Shown: positions 1 to 12,554, counted from the whole stretch's first letter. The stretch is DNA of 63,818 bases, filler included, from Octopus bimaculoides (GCF_001194135.2; 7 parts of 6 records of this genome joined end to end with filler, not necessarily neighbours in it), one strand, 5' to 3'. The notes: generated by a model from the sequence alone, not told the origin. Program-made: numbers and translations.

Positions 1-39
1 ATAGATAGATAGATAGATATACTCTTTTACTCTTTTTAC

Positions 40-307
40 TCTTTTACTTGTTTCAGTCATTTGACTGCGGCCATGCTGGAGCACCGCCTTTAGTAGAGCA
101 AATCGGCCCCAGGACTTATTCTTTGGATGCCTAGTACTTATTCTATCGGTCTTTTTTGCCGAACCGCTAAGTTACGGGGACCTAAACACACCACCATCGG
201 TTGTCAAGCGATGTTGGAGGGGCAAACACAGACACACAAACATATACACACATATACATATACATATATATACATATATACGACAGCCTTCTTTCAGTTT
301 CCGTCTA

Positions 308-310
<3 letters not shown>
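40..310 (-). mobile_element. Octopus-type SINE family A, 3' part (antisense)
   Basis: Body TTTCAGTCATTTGACTGCGGCCATGCTGGAGCACCGCC...CTTCTTTCAGTTTCCGTCTACC recurs at ~12555, 18922, 30410, 42630 (same strand) and reverse-complemented at 30822, 44640, 48718, where the tRNA-like head AGGCGCAGGAGTGGCTGTGTGGTAAG is visible. Confidence 0.85.
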
Positions 311-341
<31 letters not shown>

Positions 342-483
342 TAAAGATCCAATAGAGATAGAATCAACAAAAAAGTATTCCATCCAGTCAGAGATAATTA
401 TCGATTTAAATACACAACCAAAAGAGCTACTAATAGTTTCATTCTATTATCATACTTGAACAGACATATTTACAAAATATGCT

Positions 484-889
484 ATGTATCTTAAAGCAAT
501 ATTACATCTTCTAGAAGCATGCTAAGGTATACTTTATTTGTTGGTATAGCTACATTTTTAGGGAGTAATCCATAGGGTATAAATAATTAATAGTCTGTAT
601 AAATTTTGGTAGAATCATGAGTCATTCAATTTTACGTGGCTATACGCCAAACAAAGTAGAAACTACGTGCATATACCTCCAAATACATGGATTTCTACTG
701 AAAGTTCTGTTTCCACATTGTTTGGCGTATAGCCACGTAAAAGTGAGTAACTCTAAGGATTCTTAAAAAATTAATACACACTAAAATGAATATATATGCC
801 ATGAATTACTCGTTAAAGTGTGTCTATACCAACAAATATACTATACTTCACGATGCTTCTAGAGAAAGTAAGATTGCTTTAAGATACAT
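484..889. repeat. Long imperfect foldback (two ~170-bp arms, ~63-nt loop); MITE-like
   Basis: Inner arms TTTTACGTGGCTATACGCCAAACAA (630-654) and TTGTTTGGCGTATAGCCACGTAAAA (718-742) are reverse complements. Outer arms ATGTATCTTAAAGCAAT..TCTAGAAGCAT (484-520) pair with ATGCTTCTAGA..ATTGCTTTAAGATACAT (853-889). Similarity is continuous but degenerate in between. Confidence 0.85.
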
Positions 890-1082
890 TAATCATAATA
901 ATACATTTACCATAACTATAATAATACTTTTATCATAACTTTTAACTTTTTTGATAAAAATAAATGAGTAGGCGTTTTCTTTTTTGCATAACTCTATACC
1001 TAATTTTGCAGCACCCAGCATAAGTGACATACATACATAAATATAGATATACATATGCATACGTACATACATACATACATGC

Positions 1083-1129
<47 letters not shown>

Positions 1130-1131
<2 letters not shown>

Positions 1132-1320
1132 AACAGACCTAACCGAAAATATAAAAGCCATGATGTCCTTTGGTATAACCGAATTTGGAACTCCAACATC
1201 TCATCTAAGATCGCGAAACAATTTTTCACCCACCTGATCGCTGCTTCCCTAAAATTGGAATTTACAACAAACTGTTCAACCGTCACACTATAAAACTATC
1301 CTATGCAAATTCATCAAACT
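1130..1320 (+). mobile_element. Penelope-like retroelement fragment (RT to GIY-YIG linker)
   Basis: Translation RKYKSHDVLWYNRIWNSNISSKIAKQFFTHL...then KLSYANSSNL resembles the PLE linker (RxRxIIWFNPP.....NIGKxFLxLI...VKVSYSCMPN); frameshifted. Confidence 0.65.
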
Positions 1321-1754
1321 TAGAACAAAAATTCAAATAACAGGACATAGCAACAGGTGTCTTTCGCCTAAGGACGAATTAAATTAAGCTGGCGTGTATG
1401 GAAATAAAGCCTACCTGCAGGGATAAAAGTTTTCACAGGCTCAGGTAGGAATATAGATGTTGCACGGACGAGGGCCGAACCAAGAAAGAAAGAACAGGCT
1501 TGGTGGAACACCGGTCAGGTCGAGAGAGAAGAGAGAGAGATAGATGCAGAGGGACACAGGAATTAAAGAGGGGCGAGAAAAAAATGACAGGGACACAGTG
1601 AAGTGAAAAGAGGAGCGAAAGTGAGCAAGAAGTGAAGGCAGGGAAATGTGAGAAAGGGGGAACGAACGAACGAAGACTGGAATGAACGAATAAGCGCTAA
1701 AGGGCTGATACAAAGAAAGACTAGAGTCGTCTAAACGCACCACCTTAATTTAAT

Positions 1755-2042
1755 TCGTCATGTTGTTATGTCCTGTTATTTGTATTTGTGTAACATTCTC
1801 CGTTTTTTTTTTCGTCCTTGTTTTCGTATACATTCGCTGCTTTCTTCCAAGGAAGCTAATGCTCTTAGTTTAGTTTTTCCTTGAGGCTGGCCATATTGGT
1901 TCAATCTCGAGTATAACCAGCCGAAATTGCAAAGATAATCTGGAACTCGACTGAGGAAAGAAAACTCCGAATGACCCGTCCTTGTTTCCTTTGTATCGTC
2001 TAACTGGGTGTTTTGCGTTCTTGTCCCATTTTGTATTTGTTT
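1755..2042 (+). repeat. Interspersed repeat of unknown class ending in a (CA)n/(TA)n tract
   Basis: Same overall architecture (T-rich body, ACTGAnGAAnG core, microsatellite tail) as 42065-42480 and 60790-61150; the relationship is loose. Confidence 0.4.
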
Positions 2043-2043
2043 A

Positions 2044-2106
<63 letters not shown>

Positions 2107-2574
2107 NNNNNNNNNNNNNNNNNNNNNNNNNNNNNNNNNNNNNNNNNNNNNNNNNNNNNNNNNNNNNNNNNNNNNNNNNNNNNNNNNNNNNNNNNNNNNN
2201 NNNNNNNNNNNNNNNNNNNNNNNNNNNNNNNNNNNNNNNNNNNNNNNNNNNNNNNNNNNNNNNNNNNNNNNNNNNNNNNNNNNNNNNNNNNNNNNNNNNN
2301 NNNNNNNNNNNNNNNNNNNNNNNNNNNNNNNNNNNNNNNNNNNNNNNNNNNNNNNNNNNNNNNNNNNNNNNNNNNNNNNNNNNNNNNNNNNNNNNNNNNN
2401 NNNNNNNNNNNNNNNNNNNNNNNNNNNNNNNNNNNNNNNNNNNNNNNNNNNNNNNNNNNNNNNNNNNNNNNNNNNNNNNNNNNNNNNNNNNNNNNNNNNN
2501 NNNNNNNNNNNNNNNNNNNNNNNNNNNNNNNNNNNNNNNNNNNNNNNNNNNNNNNNNNNNNNNNNNNNNNNNNA

Positions 2575-3515
2575 AATTCCCTCAAGGTCGACTTTGCTTT
2601 TTCTCATTTCAGGATCGTTAAAATAAATGCCAGTTGCGCACAGGAGTCGATGTAATCAATTTACAGTCTTCCAAAATTACTAGCACTCTGCCCAAAATTT
2701 CAAAGCATTATTATTATTATTATTATTATTATGGTGATTCCGCCGAGGTCGACATTGCCTTTCATCCTTTCGGTATCAATAAGTTGAGTACCAGTGAAAC
2801 ACTGGGATTTGTGTATTCGACTCATTCCCTCCTCCAAAATGGCTGCCCTTGTGGCAAAATTTGAAACTATTATTATTATGACAATTAAGGCAGTGAGCTG
2901 GCAGAATCGTTAGCACGCCGGGCAAAATGCTTTGTGACATTTCGTCCGTCTTTACGCTGGGGTCGACTTTACCTTTCATCCATTCGGGGTCGATAAATTA
3001 AGTAATAGTGAAACACTCGGATCGATGTAATCGACTAGTTCCCTCCGCCAAAATTTCAGGTCTTGTGCCTATAGTAGAAAGGATTATTTCTATGATGATT
3101 AAAACTGGGAGAATCGTTAGAACGCTGGGCAAAATACAAATCCCGCCGCGGTCGATTTGCCTTTCATCATTTTGGTGTTGATAAAATAAATATTAGTTAA
3201 GTACTGAGGTCAATGTAATCGACTTATCCCCGCCCCCGAATTTGCTGGCGTTGTGCCAAAATAGGAAATCAATATTTTAACCATAGTTATAAGGCGGCAA
3301 ACTGGCAGAGTTGTCGGCAAGCCGGGCAAAATGCTTCACGGCATTTCCTCTGTCTTTATGCTCTGACTTCAAATTCCGCTGTGATCGATTTTACCTTTCA
3401 TCCTTTCAAGTTCGATAAAATAAGTACTAGTTGAGCATCGGAGTCGATGTGATCGACTTGCCCTTCATTCGAAATTGCTAGTCTTGTGCCAAATTTTGAT
3501 ACCAATATTTTAGCC
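2575..3515 (+). mobile_element. Cluster of ~5 head-to-tail SINE family B copies
   Basis: Repeated GAGCTGGCAGAATCGTTAGCACGCCGGGC...TTCAAATTCCGCCGAGGTCGACTTTGCCTTTCATCCTTTCGGGGTCGATAAA...GTACCAG...GTCGATGTAATCGACT units separated by (ATT)n. Confidence 0.9.
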
Positions 3516-6336
3516 ATAATAGGAAGCAATTATATCTACTTAAAGTTAGATTAGCAAATGTTTACTAAACAATGTAAGACCCTTGATGTTGGTGACTCAT
3601 TAGACCAGGTATAACTAACTCTTTCCTTCTTCCTTTCTTTCCATACCTCACTCTGAAACTACTCTGAGGGTCTTTCAAACAAATTTGGATAATATAGTCT
3701 GATAAACCTTAATTGAAAATTTTGTATGGTCATGCATTGAATGTCTTTCATCAATGCTTTTCTCGATGAGAGTAACCTGCAGCTAAGCAACATTAACAAC
3801 AATGGCATCAAAAAACACATTTTCGCTTTTACAAGCCAAGAAATGTTGATTTCATTCGAGATCCTGCCACAGTGTTTATAAAAAAAGGTATGCGTGTGTG
3901 GAAGTGTGGTTAGGTCATGACTTGATAATGATTTTCATTGAAATCTAAATTTAACAGGCTTTTGTTTCATAATCTAAAGAAAATCAATGCCAGTCTTCTT
4001 ATGGACATCTCCATTATCTGATGACATAACGGGCAGTTCTTGATCTTTTTAAGTATAAACAAATACTGGTGGCGAACATCAAACAATGCTTTCATTGCTC
4101 TGTGAAAAGCAGATATCACATACCCAATAAAAGCAAAATATCGTTATGGTTATGAAACAAATGATATTCATCATTATTCAATATAACTATGAGTGAACAT
4201 TTGTGGAAAGATTTGGTTGTTGTAAAAGGCTGTGTTACAGTAGTGGGTCAGCTACTTTGGATTAATTATTACTAAAAATAGAAGTCCGACGATTAGGTTA
4301 TTTCCATACACCTTTTGACTTTAACGTGATTTAATTTGCCTCTGGCTATGTACTACAAAATCTGACCAGGTTTTATCATAATACTGCACAAACAGAATTG
4401 TTTTATACTGAGTTTGTGAACTTTTCTGGGTGTGCAGCACTCATCAAGAACACTCATATCTACACTTGCTTATTAAAGCAATGTATAAAAGTCATAAGTA
4501 ATATAATAGAGAGGAAGTAGAATTTAACGAATGTTTACTCTAAGAAAGAAATAACAAAAGACATAAAGAAATTATATTCATGATAATCTTGTAAAGGGGG
4601 GGAATGTTTCTTATATCACACAATTTTAAGTATAGAAACGATGTGAATGAAAATGAACTGCATAACATTTCTTTCTTGAAATGAGAATCATTGAAAATAA
4701 TTAAGCAGGAAACGTATTAATGCTGCTTATAATTAACATGGTTTTTTGGCACAGTATTAAAAATGTAAAAATTCCTAAGAACCGGGAGGCACATTTAGAA
4801 TTCGCTATCGTAAATATACAACATCTAGATGGTGAAGATATGCAAAATTTATGCGTAGAAGAATAAATTCTATTTTGGTTTCAGCTTTCGATTAAAACGA
4901 TATTCTGTTCACTCAACATAACAAACACTCAAACAAAACACACGTATATATTACTCAATGACACCCAACGCAAGCTTATGTATGCATTTATTTATGTGAG
5001 TATATGCATATACACCCCCCCCCACACATACATACATACATATATGCATACGCGTATGCATACATAAATTTACATACATACATGTTTGCATAGCTATCTC
5101 TCTCTCTCTCTCTCTCTCTCTCCCTATATATATACATTCATACATACATACATACATACATACATACATACATGCATACATACATGCATGCATACGTACA
5201 TATATGCATACATGCATACATACATGAATACCTGCATTCATACATGCACCCATACATACATGCTGACGCTTATACACATAAAAACATGTATTTAAGAATT
5301 TTTTTCTCCCCATGCTTTATGAATTTATCTTATTTTCTGATGTGATTTCTTGAGGTTTATTAATACTGTAAAACCATAACTTCTTTTCGGGAATTAATGC
5401 CTTGTCTACGATCCCAAGTAAAAATAGCTAACCACCATTAATAGCATTTGTTTCAGTTGAACAATATCTATAGAATAGCTCTTTGGTAAATGTAAAAATT
5501 GGAATATCGGATAATCTAAAGTGATAGTTGCGCAAATGTTCCAAATAAAGAAACAAAAATATAACTAAGAACATATTTTCGATATTACATTACACACTCA
5601 TACACATATACACATGCACTCATAAGCAGACAAACGTACACACAGCAGACATGCGTGTGCATACTAAGAAGCGTGCGCACAGTACACGTCTCCCGAAAAG
5701 TGAGGTTTGTCGAGCTAAATAAATAAAACATCGTTATTTCCTATAAAATCAGACGTGAATCATGGCACATATGGCCGAGTGTAGTAGAAAAATATTTTAC
5801 AATAGCCTATACATAATTTTGGCCTTGTTATTAAGTTATTTTATAGGGTTAGGATTCTGTTATATTGCTTTATGTATGTAGAGTAGTCTTCAAATAACAA
5901 TCTTGCGAGAGTATATTTTCAAACAAGCCTGGGTGGCTGTAAAGCAAAATTGATATCAATAAGAATGGAAGTAAGTTCGTAGAATACAGTAACTAAATGG
6001 TGCCACTTTTCAATTAGTATGGCACTCTATCGATTCGATAATCTATGGCCTGATATCGATTTCTAAAATAGACATATTTCTAAAATCACACATTTTGCAA
6101 GAGAATTTAATTGGTAAATATTTTAAATTTGGATGGAAGATAGGTAACGTATACGTCATTGCCAAACTGAAGGATGAAATGTATAGAAGAATTTATCGAT
6201 CTCAGTAATTTATTCGTACTTTATTTTATCGATCTCATGAGTATGATGCCTAATTTAACCTTGGAAGATTGGAGTTGAAAACCTAAAGTACTGCTGACGG
6301 AGTAATCTTCTCCGATGCTTTATCAAATCTACCAAT

Positions 6337-6337
<1 letters not shown>

Positions 6338-6406
<69 letters not shown>

Positions 6407-6414
6407 TAATAATA
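6338..6414. repeat. (AAT)n microsatellite, about 25 units
   Basis: Direct reading; source of the poly-N and poly-I pseudo-ORFs. Confidence 0.97.
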
Positions 6415-6741
6415 AAAGAAATGGAAAAACTTTCAAAATACAAAGACTTGGAAATAGAGATAACTCGAATGTGGAATCTAAAAACAGAAACAATTCCTAT
6501 CATAGTGCCTTAGGTATAATAAAAAAATATTCAGACAAATACATAACAAAAACACCAGGATTTACAAATATATATAACATACAGAAAATTGCACTACTGG
6601 GCACTGCACACATCCTACGCAAAACACTTTCAATACAGTAACCATAGGAGCATCACAGCAAACCACAGCACGTACCCAAGGCACACATAGCTGCGCTTGA
6701 TAGTGAAGTGAAAGCACGTTATAAAAATAAAACTACTGAAC

Positions 6742-6780
<39 letters not shown>
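6415..6780 (+). mobile_element. 3' end of an RLE-type non-LTR retrotransposon (Dong/R4-like), 5'-truncated, with (AAT)n tail
   Basis: Translation KEMEKLSKYKDLEIEITRMWNLKTETIPII...ALGIIKKYSDKYITKTPGFTNIYNIQKIALLGTAHILRKTLSIQ* matches the C-terminal restriction-like endonuclease region of R4/Dong-type ORFs; short 3'UTR then (AAT)n at 6742-6780. Confidence 0.85.
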
Positions 6781-6995
6781 CCTTTCTGCTGGATGCACAA
6801 GGCCTGAAATGTGTGGGGTGGGAACTAGTCGATTATTTGGACCCAGTGTTTCACTGGTACTTAATTTTATCGACCCGGAAAGGATGAAATGCAAAGTCAA
6901 CCTCGGCAGAATTTGAACTCAAAACGTAAAGACAGACGAAATGCCGCTAAGCATTTTGCCCTGCACTCTAACGATTCACCAGCTCGCCGCCTTAA
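6781..6995 (-). mobile_element. SINE family B, near full length
   Basis: Reverse complement of the family B unit; its (ATT)n tail merges with the preceding (AAT)n. Confidence 0.85.
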
Positions 6996-7027
6996 TTGTC
7001 AATTAATATTATGATGTTATTCGAAGA

Positions 7028-7207
7028 CAGCGAGCTGGTAGGATTGTTAACATGCCGGGAAAGATGCTGAGCGGTATTTCGTCTTTACGCTCTGAGTTCA
7101 AATTCTGCCGAGGTGGACTTTGTCTTTCGTCCTTTCAGGGTCGAGATCACAGGGGTCGATGTGATTATCTTAATCCCTCCTCTCCAATTGCTGGTTTTAG
7201 GCCAAAT
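7028..7207 (+). mobile_element. SINE family B copy
   Basis: GCGAGCTGGTAGGATTGTTAACATGCCGGG...TTCAAATTCTGCCGAGGTGGACTTTG...; runs into a gap. Confidence 0.85.
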
Positions 7208-7508
7208 NNNNNNNNNNNNNNNNNNNNNNNNNNNNNNNNNNNNNNNNNNNNNNNNNNNNNNNNNNNNNNNNNNNNNNNNNNNNNNNNNNNNNNNNNNNNN
7301 NNNNNNNNNNNNNNNNNNNNNNNNNNNNNNNNNNNNNNNNNNNNNNNNNNNNNNNNNNNNNNNNATATATATATATATATATATATATATACGCATATGT
7401 ATGTATGTATGTGTGTGTGTATGTATGCGTATATGTGTGTGTGTCTGTGCCAGTATACATAGGTTTATTTCTTGGTATCTATGCGTATAGTGTACATATA
7501 TGTATGCA

Positions 7509-7549
<41 letters not shown>

Positions 7550-7866
7550 TGTGTGTGTTTGTGTGTGTGTGTACATTTATAGATGTTTTTGCGCATGAAT
7601 GTAGGTATTTAGTTTTTGTACGCCTCTGTGTATTGTATTTCTATGAAGATATAGATATATATGCATCTGTCAACATTGCCTTATTCTCTTACCCTCTTTC
7701 TCCATCTACACACACTGACACACACACAATGTTATTTGTAACACGTCTGTAACACCATGTGTAACACGTCTCCCCAGTTTTCTCCCCTCTCCAGTATCAT
7801 TCCCTTTTCGACCTGGTATTTGTAAATTATGAATCTGACTAAAATCCTTATGGAAAAAGAAAATCA

Positions 7867-8424
7867 TTATTGACCCTCTTAAGAGCCTCTCCCTATCTTG
7901 CTGACATCTGTCATTTTCCAATTTCTCCAGTCCTTACCACTCTTTGTATTGGAAAAACTTCCTTGCTGCTGCTGATCCACTCTGTTTTCGACAGACGCGT
8001 CAGAAAACAACTCAATCTGACACATTTCTCTATATTTTGTAAATATATCTTCTTTATTTCCACGTAAAAGTAAAACTAGTTTAGATGAATTTTATTTTAT
8101 TTTGTGTTCTTGACTTAGCGTGTGTTCGTAAGTATGAAAATGTTATTTTGATTTTGTAATATATCTCTAGTACAAGTAAGATGCCGACAAGATCTTATTA
8201 TTTCCAAAAGAATGATATCTGAGTATTTTTGCTGTGTCATCTTCAGTTGACAAATCCAGACCACAGACTATGCATGAAGTGCGAGTACTGTTTTCTGAAT
8301 ATGAATTTGTTTTGTTGCATGTCACTATGTGTATATCAATATGAAATTACCTGTTTGCATCAGGCAGACAAATTATTTTGCTGTAAACTAGTGTACACCA
8401 ACTACGAGGAGCTAACACCATAAC
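7867..8424 (-). pseudogene. Disabled copy (copy 1) of an unidentified terminal coding exon
   Basis: Minus strand: TCTATAG|GTTATGGTGTT acceptor-like site at 8424; translation HIDIHIVTCNKTNSYSENSTRTSCIVCGLDLSTEDDTAKILRYHSFGNNK...DVSKIGRGS*EGQ*; several stops and indels. Nucleotide homology to 10078-10810 spans ~7765-8502. Confidence 0.55.
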
Positions 8425-8967
8425 CTATAGACATATATAACTAGAACAAACGGATTAACTAGATTAGGAAATTTACTATAAATAGATATAGGCATATGTC
8501 TGGGTGATTTAAGATATGAATTCAAATGAAAACATCTTATGTAACATTACTGAATAACTTAGCCACTGTTGCATAGATTTCATGGAAATTCAGCTTAGCT
8601 TTTCCAAGAAGATTAGAAAACGGTGTGTAGTTTCACAAATGTATATATGCTTATGTAAACAGATCCCGGGGTATGTCACGTTAGATAAATATACTGCCCC
8701 CCCCCACAGTAACATTAATTCAATGGGGAAGAATGTTGATTTCAAAAAATGTAGGTTATTGAATCTAATTAATCCAACAAGTATGAACACGATGAAGAAC
8801 TGCTATATATGTGTGTTTGCGTGTATGCGTGCACATACATACACATAAATGCAGGCACACACACACACACATGCATACACGCATACAGGCAAGCACACAC
8901 ACGTGCATGCACACAAGCAAGCACACACAAACACACACACACAACATACGCAGCACGCACACAAACA

Positions 8968-10077
8968 CTAGAGGAATATCCTAGCGATCCATGGAAATTC
9001 ATGGAATAACAATGAGTATGCAGTCATGTGAAGATTTAAGTACGCATTACAAACTATATGAGTGAGGAATTGACATCACTCAATATTGTCACTGAAGAAG
9101 AAATTCCAACGAAATGGCCCAATTCACTTAATTGTTCATTCCAAAGACTCCAAAAAGAAAAATGGGTGTTTTGCTATGTGCTGGTATGATGAAGAAAAAA
9201 TCAGTTTCCAAATCTTGATGTTTTGTCCAGAAGCTGAACATATGAAGAGACAAGATTCTCAGGTCCAGTTCAACGATTTTTCACTGTTTGCCTTTGCAAT
9301 TTCTTGGTGTTTATGGCGAAATTGAGTCTGATAGGAATTTTAAGGAAACTTCCGAAATTCAAATTGCAGACTAAGTTGCCTTCAAAGTTTTTCTGGATAT
9401 GAATCAACGACCATCAGTACATTTGACTAATATGATTCTAAATTCTCTCACATGAAACATAATATATTTGATAGTCAATCTTGTGTAGTTGAAGAGTTTT
9501 GGAGATCCCGGGTTACAAAGTAGCGTATTCGATGCACCAAGCGTAAGCATGAGACTGGGTAGAGATTGTTACAGGTTCAAGGCTATTCAGAAATTCGATT
9601 GAATACTTAATAACTTTGCCATGCGAAGTGATTATGTCTATTGATCTATGTCATCATTTGTCACAGATTAAAATGCCTATATGCTTTCTAATGATTTTTG
9701 TCACAGTGACATTTTTAGTGATCATATTGCTCCTTCCTCGGGCTAGTTTGCAGCACATCATCAGAGCTTTTTCTAACATTCACATCATGCAATCAGTTCC
9801 TGTTCTATTTCAATGACGTTACTGAATAGCAAGTAAATTTGATCGCCAGGAACTCTTTTAAGAAAACCATTTCCTACTTTGAATATCTGGGTGGCGAACT
9901 CACTGGTATTATTTCTAGTTAAGTGTACTCTCATATTGAGCGGTAAGGCTCAGTCATGGAAAGCAAAGCCAAGTTAAGGCATTTTTAGGCATGCATATTC
10001 CAGAGCAGCTCTAATTTATCAGACAATTTCAGGCAGAGCAACTCCTACTATACATGCCTTTTCTCTCTGAAATGACG
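8968..10077 (-). mobile_element. Helitron PIF1-like helicase C-terminal half plus candidate 3' terminus (decayed)
   Basis: Minus-strand frames give RHFREKRHV (GDFRQILPV-like), LNMRVHLTRNNTSEFATQIFKVGNG, IEFLNSLEP and NFAINTKKLQRQTVK (FAMTINKSQGQT-like). An 18-nt hairpin TCCATGGAAATTCATGGA (8988-9005) lies 16 nt upstream of CTAG|T (8971-8968). Confidence 0.85.
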
Positions 10078-10166
10078 CAGATATATACCTCTTTCTATTT
10101 ATAGTAAATGTCTTAATCCAGTTAATCCGTTTGTTCTAGTTATACATTATTGTTTTATGTCTGCAG

Positions 10167-10720
10167 ATTATGGAGTTAGCTCTTCGCAGTTATGTACAAT
10201 AGTTTACAGCAAAATAATTTCTCTGCCTGATACAAGCAGGGAAATTCATATTGATATACACACAGTGACATGCAACAAAACAAATTCCTATTTAGAAAAT
10301 AGTACTCGCACTTCATGCATTGTTTGTGGTCTGGATTTGTCAACCAAAGATGACACAGCAAAAATTTTCAGATATCATTCCTCTGGAAATAATAAGACGC
10401 TGTCGGCATCTTGTACAAGAGCTGTATTACAAAATAAAAATAACATTTCCATGTTTATGAACACACGCGAAGTCGAAAACAGAATAAAATATAATTCTTC
10501 TAAACTGGTTTTACTTTTACATGGAAACTTAGGAGATATATTTATAAAATATAGAGAAATATGTCAGATTGAGTTGTTTTCCGACGCGTCTGTCGAAATC
10601 AAATCGGAATGGATCTGCAGTTGGAGGAATTATTTCCAATATGGCACTTGTAAAGATTGAAGGATTTTGAATACGACAGATGTCAGCAAGATAGGAAGAA
10701 GCGTTTATGAAAGCCAATAA
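10167..10720 (+). pseudogene. Near-intact copy (copy 2) of the unidentified terminal coding exon, inserted in the Helitron
   Basis: TTGTTTTATGTCTGCAG|ATTATGG acceptor-like site; frame open 10157-10657; one TGA (10658-60) where copy 1 has TGG; frame ends CAA TAA at 10720, the same position as copy 1. I do not recognise the protein family. Confidence 0.55.
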
Positions 10721-10809
10721 AGGTTTTTTTTCAGAAAGATTTTTATCAGACTGAAAATTTACAATTACCAGGTCGAATGGGTTGGGGAGATGAGAGACGA
10801 TCGGGGAAA

Positions 10810-12500
10810 TGTGTTACAGATAATATCATATATTTTCCTAACCAACCATTCGACTGTTTGTGTCTCATGGTTTCTTCAATCCAAACGATCCTATTTACAT
10901 ATCTTCCGGATTTTGCTATTACGTGTATTTTCTTGGTGTTGCACATGGTTTGTTCTTTTGTAAGGTCTGGTGGTAATTTAAGTATAAAGAGTGCAATTTT
11001 TTTTATCATCCAAAAGAATTGCTGCAATGCTATTTGATGACACACCAAAGACAATATTGCTGCTTTTGCCAAAATTTTGCAAGCAGGAGATTCGGAATAT
11101 TTTGGATGTTTTCATGAGAAGCACTGATGAAGAAGATACTTTTTTTGCCATTTTGTATGATTTTAATGATGGAGTGAGGAGCATTGTACTGGTCATCTAT
11201 CAATCGAGGTAAATTTTCGCTTTCAAACTGATATAAAGCATCAAAATCCAATTTTTGCTCCCCAAAAGTCTGCATGTGCTGTTTCTATTTCGTCAATGGA
11301 TTCTTACATCCTACAGTTAATGTACTGTTCAGGATTTAAACATGACGGAACCGGTCAGGGAGAACTTCAGTCTGGATGCAGGGTTAAAAGTGTAGGTACA
11401 CGTTATCATTCTAACTTGGTTCGAATAATATTCTAACATATTGCTTTTGTACTCCTACAAGAGTAGATGTTTGTCAATTTCAGATGCAGCGAGTATAATA
11501 GAAATATTCTTTTTTTAACTTGAAATGTGATTAACTGCTTCTGCTTCTAAAGCTTTTTCAAAGACCCAGGATTCTTGGTATGTTGTTCACGTCTTGCCTG
11601 AAAACTACCTGAGACCTTAAAAGGATAGCAAAGCGGCGAAGAAGCTGCAAATGATAAACCTTACTTGTTGCGTTTGACGGTATCATGTACACCGACGTTT
11701 TTTGCTCATACACCAAATAATTATGCTTATTTCGATTCCATGTTTTTCAATAAAATCCAGTTAGAGTAGGTTAGACTCTCGTTCTGGCAGTCAAGTTTGA
11801 AAACAAAAGTGAGCTTTGAATCGGGTGACACTTGACAATTTATTTACGTGCATTTTCTGTCATTTCTCCAGCTGAACGCACTGATGGATATCAGTGGATG
11901 TCAAATCAAAATATTCTTCATAGTTGGAGATGTACCGATCTGTCAAATATCGTGTGACTTCATGTCGCCCAACTGCTCGCTCCCTTCTATTAGCAAAAGT
12001 AACCATGTTGTTTCCCTTACAATTTGCAACTGAAAGTATTGCTTTCACAAAAAGGCAGTACTCAACATTCATGTAAGATTTTCGAACCTTGCACATTAGT
12101 TCGATGGGTGGACTTTTATGCATGGGGAAGCTGAATTGGTTGCTCCACATGGAATAGTTGAGGATTTATTGAATCGTCATAATTCTAAAGCAACTAAGCT
12201 GAGATGATTTTTGTCAGTGTCATCTGGCGCTATTTTATCTTTTCAGTAGATCAATATATCAGACTGAGGAAGACTTATCTTCTAAAATTCAATAATGATC
12301 ATGCACACACTGAGTTCATTGACGGTTGTCCCATATTTTAGAAGGAAGAAGAACTGCGCATGGCTTTCTTGGAATACCCAAACAATAAGATGCTGTTGAT
12401 GCTTTAGTTCCTGTTACCGAAAATGTTCATCGGAAATTTCTGTTCATTTCGGATTACATAATGATGTAATGACGAGATCCAGCCGGCCAAATTTTCTTAC
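10810..12500 (-). mobile_element. Helitron Rep (HUH) domain and helicase N-terminal half (decayed)
   Basis: DLVITSLCNPK*TEI (PDLFITFTCNPKW-like), IIEF*KISLPQSDILIY (IEFQKRGLPHAHIL-like), SYMNVEYC...HEVTRYLTDRYIS, VYMIPSNATSKVYHLQLL, IDDQYNAPHSII...NLLLAK, KLPPDLTKEQTMCN...IVWIEETMRHK, in the canonical Rep-to-helicase order. Confidence 0.88.
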
Positions 12501-12554
12501 ATTTGCCAATGTATAATGTATCTTCTATCGTTTATTTATTTATTTTTTTTTTCA

